64,000 bases of DNA from Amphiscolops sp. MND2022 (Eukaryota): NCBI GenBank assembly GCA_964187785.1, contig OZ076409.1, positions 40,922,001-40,986,000 of the forward strand, in the 5' to 3' direction. A program made the translations under genes and the position numbers. The notes below the pieces were generated by a model. The model had not been told where the DNA came from. It worked only from the letters and a program-made list of their open reading frames with translations, and did not search any database. Positions 1 to 12,941 of this stretch are shown one piece after another (position 1 is the first letter of the stretch; the number at the start of each line of letters is the position of its first letter).

Positions 1-1452
1 TGTCAGAAACTATTTTGATACCCCGACCATTAGCACGGACTTTGTGCAAGGGCAAATCACTTCCAAGTCACTTTGCGTACTTATAGTCTTTTGAATTCGA
101 AAACACTTTTGAAGAATATCAAAATTGTTTCCCCATTGTTGAAACCTGTCAAGGCACTTGCCAGGCGCGAGATGTAGAAATCCACTTTTTAACTTTTACC
201 CTTCTGGTCTTGTATCAACAATGATGATTTAATTTGAGATCTAACAATTGGAAATACTTTTTCTCGATACATGGCCCAATATGTGAGAAATGGATACCCG
301 CAAGCAATTAGACAAGTTTTTTGACACGAATTAAAAACCACCAGGAAACAGTTTCAGTCTTTTATCGAGGCTAGTGTTTTCTAAAGATCACATACCTTAT
401 TGCATTTTGCTGGCTACCCACATTGAACGCCCAAGTTGTCATCATTTACCCGGAGGAATTCCAGATGCTATCAGTGTTAGAAACGACATAAAACTCTAGC
501 TAGGTAGTTAATTTAATATCATGTCATTACCCGGCTTGAGTTGGTTAGCCAATTCAAAACATTCAATAGCAACGATGGTGTCGCTGAAACCTAAATTCTC
601 TCAGCCCAATAGCAATGTATCAGTCTCGAGAAACTCAGAAACATCCTAAAACATGTTGAAGCTAGGTGTTTATTTTTTATTTCAGAGTTTCCGCTGTTCC
701 GAAAAAAACAAGAGTTTAGGTACTCAATTCGAATCGAGTACCACTGAAACTCATGAATTTTGATATGAATCTGTACCCTTGTGTACTGACCAACACCTAA
801 CAGTTCAATTTGTTGCAAAGTGGGATTCATGTTCCGAGGTCGTCATTGTATTACAGCACTATCTCATTTCGGAACAGTTTTGAGCCCTGAACTAGCCGGT
901 CAATCCCCCTAGCCATGTGAAACTTCCAGCTTCTTTTTTTTGCATTCGATCTTCTTGACTCCAGCGTGCATGTTGATTTCAATCATTTTCGATAAGTGCA
1001 GGAAAACGCATTGTTGCTCAATTCGAAGTTCTGCAGAAGCGTATTTGACAGTTGAAGGGTGAAGGGTATATTTTATTAGCCCGCGCGCTTGATACCTATT
1101 TCAACAGAAATATAATTGATTCTTGTTTTTTTAATAGAGCCACTTCAAAAGCAAAGATTTGCGTCAAAAAGTCGCGTTTTGTCAATGTTATACGGTTAAT
1201 CTATAGTGACTTCTGCCGAGTTTCGGTTGTAGACAGTACCTCCTTACTGTTAATAAACAATGAACTCAGATAAAAAATTCGACATTTATCTTATGATGTT
1301 TTGTATGTATTTTGTTTTAGTCGCATCCTTGCAAGATATTATTTTATTACTTTTTTTTCTCAACCTGGGTTCAGAATACAACATGGCGCAGTCAGCCAAT
1401 TTTATCGAGAAACAAGTTTTTTACAGAGAAACAAAACCAGAGAAACACCCGG

Positions 1453-1708
1453 TGATGTATTCGAACACATCACGGTAAAAAGGAATCTATGGTTTAAGAA
1501 TCAATTTATTGAAACAATCAATCAACAATTAATTAATCAATCTTTACATAACAGTTCAATCGTAACAAATGGTATCAAATTTGATAGTATCTAATTAACA
1601 TAAATTGACAGCCAATTAGAGTTTGTTGGTCAACAGGCCAATGTCTTTTTGTCGGTATCCGTATACTATTTTGTTCAGTTGAATGTCAGGTTTCCTGTGT
1701 ATGCCACA
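1453..1708 (-). repeat. 3' LTR of the old Gypsy element
   Basis: Shares long blocks (e.g. ttacataacagttcaatcgtaacaaa; agccaattagagtttgttgg) with 26514-26752 and sits next to the purine tract. Confidence 0.85.
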
Positions 1709-2121
1709 TACCCCCTCCGGCAGCGTGGTCCGGGTAAAGTTTAATAAAATCTCACATAGGACCGTATTAAACGGATTTCTTTATCCTCTTGCCGTATTTT
1801 ACGGTAGTCTTCTTCTCTACTGTGCTCTGTTGTTGTTGTCGTCGTCGTATTCTTTTGGATTTTCTGACGGGTTGTAACGGTTCTAATGTTGTATTTTCTT
1901 CTGTTGTAGATACCTTGTTCGGAGGTTAGTTTGTCTTCTTTTGGGAGAGTTGCAGCTCATCGCCTAGACTGGCATACACCGCCTCGCCGTCGGATTTATT
2001 GTAGCAGTCGAATTCTTCGTCCGACACTTTGCTGAGATTCAGGTCGATCTCCTTTCCTGCACTTTTATTTTGGTGACGTGAATTGACATTTGTTGCTGAA
2101 AGGGTAACGGGTTGGAGATAA

Positions 2122-2849
2122 TGTAACGTCCACCTAACAGCGTACATCATAGAAATGGGATAATACCTAGGGTGCTCAAACAGGAGACCGTTACTTTACT
2201 ACAGTCCTAGACATTAGTTCTTAATCCCGAAATGGTCTCCCAAGAGGGACTTTTTCAAACGTCAAAGGATGCTCCTCAGTTAGAGCTCCGTGGCGACGTG
2301 GCGGTGCACTCAAAGTCTGGACAAGACCCACAAGCCCGTAAGAACGTATCCTAAGGTTCCTTACGTTTCTGCGACTCTACATACCTCCGAGGTCCGAAAA
2401 CAAGGGTTTAGCTAAAGTCCATTTTAAGGAGATTAATAACGTCTAAAACAAAAAATAGGAGTCAAACATCACCAAAAGTCTGCAAAAAACCACAAATACG
2501 GTACAACAGACTGAGGAAACATCACGCGTCAGCGTCAGCTAGTCTTTGACCTGCTAGGTGGCACATGCAAAATATGCAAACTTCTGAGTTTCTTCATCCC
2601 TTGTGCCATTCTTCGGGTTTCGTTGGTAGCTGGGACGTCTTCCGAGGGAGATGGCACCCGGCGATTTCGGGGATACTTCTATTGCGGGGTGTTCTCTCTC
2701 GGGCTGGGTGGTGGTGTCTTTCCTGCGTTTTTTCGCTTCTTCTACGGTTTCCGTACCTGCCGGGTCGGCCATCTTGAATGTGCTCAGCTGATACCGCACA
2801 TTTTGAATTTTTGATCAAAATTTTGTAACATCGACTGCCTGACGTTACA
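2122..2849 (-). mobile_element. Solo LTR (728 bp) of the TGTAACG...CGTTACA clade, subfamily B
   Basis: Terminal inverted TGTAACG/CGTTACA, TAA on both flanks, clear similarity to the LTRs at 34532 and 39244. Confidence 0.9.
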
Positions 2850-4699
2850 TAAGTTTTCCATGTACTGTTGTGTTTTTGCTTGTGGTTACGGTATGTTCCG
2901 TACCCGATATAGCAGTTGGGGTTTTGTTGTTGAATTTACTATCTAGCGATCACTTTTTGCAATTCTTTTAGTAAAATTTGAAATTATAGTTGAATTTGTT
3001 CATACTTACCAAACTGGTCGCTTTTTTGGCCCGTGAAAAGGGGAACTCCCGTCTAAACTTTGGCTCAATTGTGTTCCTTTTGACTTAACCAAGTGGTCGG
3101 TTATCGCTATAGCCGAATTTCGGTTGGTTTAGACGCAGAGGTCCTTTGAATCCACTGAAATGGCATCTTTAAGGCTAGATAGTTTTGTGCTAGGTTCAGA
3201 AGTGAGAGTGGAACGGTGTTTTTGTGGTTTCGGGGTGTATCTAAATCTTAGGACGTAAAGTGCTTTGTTTACATTTATATATTCAAAACAAAATGTAGCA
3301 ACAGTTTCATGATTGGTATTTTTACATATTTTGGCCACTGACCCGCTGCTGCTTTTGTTCACTGCAATTAGTATGTATGGACTTGATGACAGGTTTTTGT
3401 TATGTAGATTTTCTGGCAAGGTGTTTTCGGAAGATCGATTTTAGTTTTTTCGGTTAGTAGTAATTGAAAGTTTACCTCGCTACCGGCGTTGAGACATGCT
3501 AAGTATTTTTTTGTTTATTTTGCTCGTTGTCCGCCTGCTTACTCTGCAGCCAGATTATTGCTCCATCGTTGCACGTTTTGTTTATTCTGGGGTGTCCAAA
3601 ATTTAAAGCGTTTAAGGAGCATAACGTAGTCTTTTTGGCCCTATCATCCGGTCGTCAACCATTATGAGGCCCCATCGGTGGATGAGTTTCCTTTCCACTG
3701 TTTTATAGTCGTTGGGTATCTGGCTGTTTTTGTTGTCTTCGAGGCTGCAGTTTAGTTCAGTAATTTGGGGTCGGCGGCCGTTTCATTGATCTGTGTTTCT
3801 AGATCCAATTGAAAGTTAGTTCGGCTGCCCTAACATTGTTCTCCTGTTGCTTATTTCTTATGGCCATTTTTTTCACCACGCGTTCCTTTGGGACTGTGGT
3901 TTCGGACTGTGGGAACAACTATCTCTTCAGTCGGACCATCTCGGTAGTCCTGTACGTGTATGGCGGGGTATGCTCTCGCTTCATGAATTGCTACTGCTTC
4001 TCCGGAGTTTGTGGAGTTTGTTGAGACTTTAGATTCGGTTTCTTCGTTAGCTTGGTCTTGTTCTTGCGGCCTCGGTGCTATTTCGTCTCCGGGATCTCTG
4101 AATAAGCCCCGCTAATGTGTACTTCTCCTTCATTTCTTCTGAGCTGTAGATCGATCCTTTTTATTTTCCTTCATTCGTCCGATCTTCTTAGTTTGTAGAT
4201 CTCTGGAAATTTGTTGTTCCCTTGTGGTCTCATTGCTCTAGGTCTCGCTAGTTCAAAGCTTCTTTTCACCAATTCCGTAGTTTCAGGTGACTTTTCTCTT
4301 CTGTTGATTATGGCCGTGATTGCATTGTCCGCGCTTCAACGGTAGCGTAGTTGTCGTCCGTCTAATCGGAAGACTCTTGCAGTTTGTTTTTTCTTCGTTA
4401 CTAGTATTCATTGTGGAATAATTCGTATTTGTTTTGTTGGTAATGTTTTGTCAGCTGTAATGTGAAATAATAGGAAAGAATATGGCTTTTGTTTGTTTCG
4501 TAGCGTCGGGTATCAACTAGCGTGTGTGTATTACGCTTGTTCGTTTTGTTGTAAGCGTTCCTGTCGTTTGATTGGTCAAAAACCCGTGCGATACGGATGT
4601 TTTTTGTTGCTAGATGGCGTTAATCACGAGTTCGTTTTCGTAATTTGCTCCTAGTTCCTGGTTTTTGGTGGGACTTTCGGTAATAAAACCGTGATTTTG

Positions 4700-6600
4700 A
4701 TATTTTTCCCGCGGTGTGGGTTAGACCGATGTCAAAATGATTTAGTCTATCTAACCATCATGTTAGTCGTGCACTGAATTGTTTCTGGGTTTCTTTTTGG
4801 GAGCGGTTCAAGCTCTTGGTGATCAGAGAATGGTTGGATCCATTTACCGTATAGTTGAAATCGGAATCAATTCAGCCCTCATACAACAGCCAGTAGTTCC
4901 ATTTAGTCGATGGAAATTTTTTTTCTTCGTCGTTCAGGTATCAACTGGCAAATGCAATTCGATTCAACGCCCAGTTCCATTGTTTCTGCCTTAGTGCTAC
5001 CCCGAGACCGGTTTTGCATGCATCGGTACTTACGATGTTTTCTTTGATGCCGTTGTAATGGACGAGACAGGGTAATGCTGGTTCCTGTTTTGCTTTGTTG
5101 AAGGCCTTGTTGCGGTCTTCCGTCCAGCCCCATATTGTTCCTTTTTATAGTAGTCGTCTCATGTTGTCCGTTTGCTCAAGAGATTCGGTTTAAAGTTGGC
5201 AAGATAATGAATGGCGTAGGCAATGCAAAGGATTTTAATGTTTTTGGTGTTGCTTGGGGTTTCTAGTTTGTTTATTGCGTCTGTTTTTTCTTGGGTCTGA
5301 TTCTGTCTTGTGAGACTGTAAGTCCGAGCCATATTAATTGCTTCCGGTAGAATTTTGATTTCTTTTTGCTTGCTCTATATCCTTCGTTTCAAAGTTTAGT
5401 GAGTACCGGTTACAATTGTCTTCTTTTCCGTTCTTCTTTTTCCTTCGGGTCACGACAAGGATGTCGTCTAGCTGGTTAGTCTGGGGGACCGTAGAATCCT
5501 TTTAAGAAGAGGTAGTATCCGTTTATGTTTTAGCCTGTCACTGCAATGTTGCAGTGTTTGCTGGTGTCTGGTCCTAGTCTCATTTGTCCGTAGTAATAGT
5601 CGAGATATCTCACGGATATCGAAATTGGGTCGTGTTTTTTTTGGATGTTTCAGAGGAAATTTGGTTTAGCAGTTTTTCCATGTTTGGCATGTAAGGTCTC
5701 TTTTTCACACACCTTTCGTTGAGTTTTAAGGAGTTCAATGCAGTTTTCACAGTTTTGTTGTACCTACTACTGCTTTTGAAGTTCACAGTTTTCTTCATTA
5801 CTACTGGTGATACGATGATAATTTCTCCGATGGTTTCAAATCTTTCGAGGTGTCTGGATTATATTAATTGGTCATTTTTCACGAATAGTTGCAGTTGATA
5901 CGGTTTTGCTCTGGCCTTATGTTGGATTGCAAATCCTCAGCATCCTGGTTTTAATTGAATTTTTTTCGATGTGCTTGATTATGTGGGTAATTTCAAACAA
6001 TTTGATGAAACATGAGTGAATGGCTTTTGATCGGTTATTACTTGCGTTCAGCAGAACGATCGGATTAGTACTTTCGTTGATGGTATTTGGTAGTTGTTTT
6101 AGCCAGTTTACACATAGAAGTGGCGTGAAGTTGTTTCTTTGTGTGATAAATATAGGTAGTTTTGTGGTTTCGCCGTTGTATTTTATGTCTGCCGATACTT
6201 TTCCCAGGAACTTTTTTTCATTTTTGTTTAGATCTTGGTATCTTTTTCTTAGTGATTTGATATCTTCCGGTTTGTATAGTGTCGGGTTGTTAGGCATTAT
6301 TGTGACCAGAGAGCTGGCATCGATGGTTAAGTTCTGGTATACTCCGTTGACTTCCACTTTGATCCCGTAGCGGTCATTCTTGTCTGGAAGAATTCTATTA
6401 AATTGTGTTAGTGGTTGGATTTCTTCGGAATCGCTCTCTTCTCCATCGTAGGTTTCTTCAACATAGTTTCTGTTTTTCTTTTTGTGTTCTCGGTATTGCT
6501 GCAACATTCACTTGCGAAATGCCCTATTTTGTCATAGTTGTTATATTCAACCGGTTTCGTCAGGCATTTGTGTAGTGGTGTCCGTTTTTTTGTGCACAGA
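4700..6600 (-). pseudogene. Decayed gag-pol of the old Gypsy (Zn knuckle, protease, RT, RNase H remnants)
   Basis: Minus-strand fragments: KIGHFASEC (CCHC remnant), TIDASSLVTIMP...LLCVNWLKQL (protease), VKTALNSLKLNERCVKKRPYMPNMEKLL (RT N-terminal part), DACKTGLG near 5000-5030 (RNase H). Many stops and frameshifts; boundaries approximate. Confidence 0.8.
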
Positions 6601-6867
6601 AACCGCACAAAATTTACTTTTGTGTTGTTACGCCTTAGTTTGTATTTTTTGCCTTCGCAGTGCTCTTGCTTTTGTCGTGCTTGTATTTTTTGTATTGGTT
6701 CTTGTTTTAGCTCTTATTCTTTTACGAGTGCTGTGCACTTTGTTGACTGTTTGTGTCTTGTTTCGTAGCTGTCTTGGGTTACTAGTTCCATGGTTGTATT
6801 GAGGTTCAGCGTTTTTTCGCGGATAAGGTTTCCGGTCTTTTTTTACGGTAATGCTGGTGATAACTTT

Positions 6868-7595
6868 TGTAACGGCAAGCTCTGGTACAGCAATATCAAC
6901 CGACATGTTTGGAAATTTTGTCAAAAATTCGTACAAATTTGACGTGGCACTCAAACATGCTCAAGACGAAGTACCTGCCAGAAAAAGCACCCCAGAAAAG
7001 CAGAAATCGCCGCTCGCGACGAACAGGCACCGGAGACGACAAAAAGACGTCCCCAACGCATACAGAACACGGTATTGTGTCTATCTCTAGGAGATATCCA
7101 TTACTACAGTAAAGGAAACCAGTGTTCCAGATGTTCGCCTGAGTATCCCTGCGGTATCCTGTGTGGCAACTAGCGCTAGCGCTGGGAAGCTGAGGTCAAT
7201 TTTCATCAAATGACTGTGAACTCTTGATCTCTTGTTGTATTTTTCGATGTGGTAAATTAATATGCTCGAGAGCTGTTGTTTAACATCTGTTTATCCAATT
7301 TGGGGATTTTATCAGATTCTCCAATATTACGGTTCAACCTTCATCGATTTTCAGCCCGATTTTTAAAGGCTAGTTGAGCAGTGGTCTTGAGTCTTGCAAG
7401 ATGCCTGTTACTTTTAGCAGTTACAGACTAGGACCAGGCCAGAGAGTATCCTACAAGACGGTTCCCCCACCTTGGGACTGGCTCCTTCGGAGGGAAAATG
7501 AGCTAGAGCCGCGGAGATCTAGGTCCCAGATTATATTCGCTGTTCTAGTTCCTCCACTCTACGTTGCGGTTCAAGCGCCAGCGCTTATCGTTACA
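6868..7595 (+). repeat. 5' LTR (728 bp), subfamily A
   Basis: TGTAACG...CGTTACA, near-identical to 24911-25638. Confidence 0.97.
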
Positions 7596-7610
7596 TAGAA
7601 ACTCATTTTT

Positions 7611-7628
7611 TGGCGACCACAAAGGGAT
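7611..7628 (+). promoter_or_regulatory. Primer binding site, tRNA-Arg-like
   Basis: TGGCGACCACAAAGGGAT resembles the complement of a metazoan tRNA-Arg 3' end (...TCCCTTCGTGGTCG-CCA, from recall). The same motif is at 39211-39227 (-) and ~62788. Confidence 0.8.
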
Positions 7629-8806
7629 CGTCTTGGGAAGCTTTCCCTAGCGGTTTTTAAAAGATCTGGCCCCCTGGTGATCAGCGCCAAGCCCGTTTTC
7701 GACTCTGGACAGGAGAGAGAGAAGCAGAGTTTTACCTCTTTTTAGTCGTATTACGTCTTACTGGAACTGGGAGAGGCGTTGAACCAGAGAAAATGCCGAA
7801 GAAAACGTGTTTTCAGGTGCGAAAATGGTATTTTTGGGCATTTTAGAAGGAAATCGCTCTTTATGTGTGATGTGTTGTGTACCCATCAGCGGGTACTTTT
7901 TTGCAGGTGCAGAGGACCGTAGCACGTGGCTACGGGTGTCTAACAGGTTTTTTGAGCTATTTTCAGCCATTTTATGCCATGCAAGAGGGTAACGGATGGA
8001 TGGTTGACCATACTCCAGCGAGGCGAAGGAGGGGACAAATCTCGTGTTGCCTACTTCCTATTCCCATTTCTCGTGGAGACGTCCTAGAGGCATGGTTTTT
8101 GGTGGACAGCAAGTGCAACGACAGACGGTGCTAATGGTCCCACCCGCGTGTTTCTGTCTGGTCTAGATGTGGAGAAATAACGTGGTGAAGATGCACCCCC
8201 TGTGACCAGATGCGTCGCTCAGATGGAGTATGGTTGGCGAAAATTTTGAGAATACACCTCTTTCGATGGAGAATCGTTGGTGCAGGTCAGTGACGTTCTA
8301 CTATAAATGTAACGACACCGTACGAAGTGCTTTTCTGCGAAAAGATAGCACTTGGAGAAAAAACCATCATTTTTGCGTTTTTTTGGTGTTTTTCTTGGTT
8401 TCGAGCACTAGTGCTCAAAGAAGCCAGGAAAGTTTAGTGGAAAGTTTTGAAAAAACAGCTGCAAGGCTCGAGAAAGCCGGCACGAGGCACGAAAGGTGAA
8501 GTTGAAGCCTTTGATTGTGATAAAAGTGCCAATTTGATGCCGAAAAATGTGGAAAAAGTGGAAATTTGGCCAAAAAGGCACCCAAAATGTGAACGTACAC
8601 GAGTATGGAAGTGCAAAACGACAGTGTACGGCACTGCCCCAAGTGTAGTTGACCCTCAGGATACTAATTGCCACTTTTGTAGCGGACTCAGGCAGCCTGG
8701 GGCTGATACAGTGCGAAAAACTTGTGATTTTTGGCATTTTCGAGCAGGGAAAGTGCATTAACCGAAAACACCCAGAGCGAAGCTTATTCGAAGAGAGCGG
8801 GCTCGA

Positions 8807-9073
8807 GCGCTCTCATTTTCAATTTTAGCAGCAAAAACGACGCATCGTGGTGAAAACCGCGTGCAGAAATTCCTTTTCAGTGTTGAGAAAAGTCGAAAAA
8901 CCTTGAATTTTGGCCAGTTTCAGGAGTACCAGAGTGCATCATTAAAACCTCTGGGGCACTCAGTGTTTTCGAGACCTGGGAGCCCGCGCGCTCTCATTTT
9001 CTGTTTTTATAATAAAAATAACGCGTGGTGGTGAAAACCGCGTGTAAAAACTCCCATTCAGTGCTGAGAAAAG
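8807..9073 (+). repeat. Diverged direct repeat (~181-bp period) in the 5' leader
   Basis: gcgctctcatttt...gtggtgaaaaccgcgtg...ttcagtg(t/c)tgagaaaag occurs at ~8807 and ~8988. Confidence 0.7.
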
Positions 9074-10289
9074 GGGAAAAACGCACTGAATTTGATCAAT
9101 TTTCCACAAAACCGCACTGTCTCTGAGCTAGGGTCGGGTCATCGATTCCTGAACCCTAGCCAAAAAGTGGTTGGATTTTCGTAACCACCACAAAAATTAA
9201 CGTTAGTGCCGAAAATTTGGTGAGCGTATCGGTCACCAAAGTCGAGAAAAGCTCTCTGACGTTTCGACCTCAGAGAAGCGTAAAAGGACCAAAAAAATCC
9301 AAAACTGCAGGACTGTCAGTGCCTTACACCTAGTGGGCACCACCAATTGAGGGTTCATCCCAGTGCTACGGATAGTGGGGCAACACGTTGGTCCCATTTT
9401 GCCTGCCGTATCACTTTCTGAGGTGATCCTCTTGGTCAATTTGTGAAAAAAGTCGTCAAAAACAGTGTTTTTTCGTGTACAACGTACATAGTGGGTCGAA
9501 ACCTCAAATAAGCGCTCGCGCTTCAATTCGACTATATCAAGGGCATTGTAGGTGCCCACCGGCATAGACTACCAAGTTTGGTGCCGATTTGTGTGATACT
9601 TGTCGAGAAAATAGGAAAAACGCGGCGCCCAAAAAAGTGCGCAAAAAGGCAGTTTTTTCTTAATTTTTCCAAGTAACCCGGGCACCTTGACCGACGGGTG
9701 GGGCTATATTGCAGCCCACCATCGTAATTTGTGCTAGTTCTTACGTTGCTGCAGAGAATTTGAGCTTGCTAGCTCTTTCCAGTGGACCGCAATCTTGAAA
9801 AGACGTGAAAAACAGTGTATTTCGATACATCGTGGTACCACACGTCTGTACCTAGGTGAAACTGTGTTGAAGGAGCGCGTGTTCATTTTCGTAAACCTAC
9901 TTGTACCTAAGATCTGCTGGTCAATTTTGGGCTTGATACAGCGCTTCTAGCGCACACACGAGCCTCTTGAGTGTTGTCGTGCGAATTTTGAAAAATCCTA
10001 AAATTCTTTGAAATTCTTCCTGTGAGTGACTGAAGACTTTCTGCCCCAAACCAGGTTGATTTTCTGGCCCAGTGCGCGTGTGAGAAAACGCTGTGCAAAT
10101 TTGAACAGCCTACGAGCTCTAGAACGTGTTTCGAAAAGTCTAGGACATTGAATAACATCAAATTTCTTAAGTGCTCACCGGGACGACCAAGGGATCAGCC
10201 TCGGATTGAAGACCCTGGTACGTTCGGCGACCCAATTTGAGTCTTCCGAGTAATCGTGAGCGGTAACTCGATCGCTATTAATAAGCGCG

Positions 10290-12941
10290 TTGGCCACCGA
10301 ACTGATGGCGGTGCCCCATACAGGTTCACAATCGTGGGTCACGATAGATGGTTCGCGTTTTTCAGACGACATGTCTGACGAAGTCACTATCGAACAACAG
10401 CGAAAAGAGGAATTGGCCGATATGGTTCCTCCCTCAGAGAACTCCAGTGTTTCCGAAAATTCGCGTCGGACCGAGCAGTGGGTCGACGAAACCTGCCGCG
10501 ATAGAGCCAATGAAGTGGAAGAGGGCTGGCCCAATTCGAATGCAACCGATGAATTGGTGGCTGAGGAAGGGTGCTCGCGCGCACCCCCGGCTGGAGAGAC
10601 ACAACTCGGCTCGCAGACCGACATGGAGCAGGACCTCACTTATGTGGGAGGTATGAGTTACGCGAGACAGCGAGGACTCGGGACCACTCGAGGACCTACC
10701 CGGGTCTGTGCCTACGGAAAGCACAAGAGGGTGCGACCACCCATACTGCAGGTAGGCGAACCACGTCAGGAGGCATCCCGTGTTAGGAGTATGGCAGGTT
10801 CATTGGCCTCATCGCAACGGTCTTCGGTATACAAGGCAGCGCTATTGGATGCCCAAGCCGAAACCCAACGGGCTCTAGCAGGTCTGGCCAGCACTCGTGC
10901 TCAGTGCAATGAGCAACATCTTGCCATCGTGGAAAATATTAAAGTGATGCAGACGACGATGCGTGAGGGCCTGCAAGTCAGCGATCAATTGCGTACCGCG
11001 CAGAACGTGCAAAATGCTCGAGTGGACACATTGGGTCACCGGATGGGAGAGATGAATGACATGTTGATGGCTCGCGAATTGCGCGTGGAAACGCAGATCA
11101 ACGACTTAAGCAATCAGATGCGCACAGTGCTCAATGCCATTGATGTCATGAGGCGTGAGAGGTCTCTCCCGCGGCAGCCCAGTGCAAGAGGAGGCGTGCG
11201 GAATGGAGGTCCAGTCCGTATCTCGGAGCCGACGTGCCCGAGCCAGGTAGTGAAATCGGAACTGCCAAGCGCGTTGAAGCCTAGCACTTCCAGGCCGGCA
11301 GTGCCTGCGCCCCGGAAAGATGAAGGAGTAGCCGGAAGTTTGGTGATAGCCACGCCTGAGGCAGAGCGCAAGCCTGCACGAGTGCAGATGAGGGGACATC
11401 ACGACTCAGCAGAGTCATCGATGCCTTCTGCAGCCCAGAGCACTACTTGAGATCAAGGCGTGGATCCGATGTCAACCATCTATCTTGATTCTACGGTTGA
11501 AGTCGACTTATCCAACACCAAGGCAACCCTAGGTTCTCAAACCGAGGGAGCAACGTTTGCAACTGCCCCTATTTCGATGTCAGGACCAGACTCCTTATAC
11601 TTGACCGCAGACTTGTCAGCCGATCATGGACTGCCCTCGGGCACTCCCTGCGCTAGCAGCACTCGCAAGAAGGACGAAATCGCTGACCTGTCGATACTAG
11701 CCACTCTTGGTAGTCATGACAGGACGCGCGAGGGGGAAGCTAAGGTCGAAGAAGGAGAAGCCATATCCCCTGAGCAGCTGAGATTCACGGCCGCCATATC
11801 AAAGGCGATGTCAAAAGAGTTAGCGCCTTTACTCGCCGGCAGAGACTTGGCTCAGGCGAGACCTAATGTATATCGCGGTTCCAAAGACGGATCCATTGAT
11901 GGGTGGATCCTTATTATGCAGAGATACCTGAAGAGAACGCAAACCAAGGTCTCAGCCGAGGACCAGGCCTGGAGCATCATTGGTCACCTTGAAGGTGAAG
12001 CTCGCAACTACATCATTAACAAAGCAGAATCCGAACGTGACACCCCCGAGAAGGTGTTTGAATTGTCATCCAGCCGCTTTGGCGCTGGAGGAAATCGTAT
12101 GCAAGTACGACAAGCTTTCCAGAGCCGCATTCAACATGAGAAAGAAGACTGGATGCAGTATTTAGACGCTCTAGAGGGTCTTAGAAGTCAAGGATTCCCG
12201 CAAGAGACAATCACTACCAAGCGCTATGAAATCCTCCAGCGCTTCATGGAAGGCGTACGAGACCCAGCGCTGAGGCGGGAACTTGCTATAGTATATGCCT
12301 CGGAAGTCTTCCTGACCGAACCACCTACGGTGGAATCCCTTCGCTTCACCACCCGCCAATTGCAGCGCAATCGCCCCAAACCCAACCAATTCACTCAACC
12401 CTATGACCCCAGACTAGCAATGAGGTCTAGACCTCAACCCTTCGCGCCGCTACCCCCCAACAAAATGGTGTTACCACAAGGAGTAATGCCTCCCCCACCT
12501 GCGAGCAATGCCCCACCAAATCAGGCAGCAGCGCAGTCTGCGGCACGCCTACCCGTTGGCGCATGCTTCAACTGCGGTCAAGCTGGGCATTTTGCCCGGG
12601 ACTGTCCCACCCGCGATCAGGCTCGCAAACCAGTGGCAGCTCCCGAGCCAGAAGGCGTGAAAGTCACTGCTGAAGATGTAACTGATGGCGTGTTGGAGAA
12701 TTATCCAGGCATTCATCAGTGTGCGCACTGTGGAGTCTATGACCATGTGGATGTCCCCTGTGGTGAGCATTCTCAAGCTCCAAGGCCTAATGATGAATTG
12801 GCCTACAATCGATGGGCTGAGGTGGAATCCGCTGGTGTGGCCGCCCACACTGTACCCCTGGAGGATGATCGCGTGTTAATGCTGCACCCAGCGGAGCCTC
12901 CAGCGTTTCATGCGGAACAAAGCAGATTCAAACGTGCTTAG
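10290..12941 (+). CDS. gag: Gag: acidic and coiled-coil N-terminus, capsid, CCHC knuckle; one in-frame TGA at 11448-11450
   Basis: ORFs 10290-11450 and 11460-12941 share a frame. Capsid-like IDGWILIMQRYL...LEGEARNY, knuckle CFNCGQAGHFARDC, second knuckle-like CAHCGVYDHVDVPC. Confidence 0.9.

Noticed and set aside
6855..6867. Using host gag frame restoration to prove the 3-bp TSD
   Set aside because: Rejoining the flanks with one TTT copy does not restore the frame without assuming a further 1-nt deletion in the decayed host gag, so it is not independent evidence.
6851..7598. Short ORFs repeated in the LTRs (also at 24843-25689 and 62016-62739)
   Set aside because: They recur only because the LTRs are repeats, the frames differ in the sister copy, and they carry no known motif.
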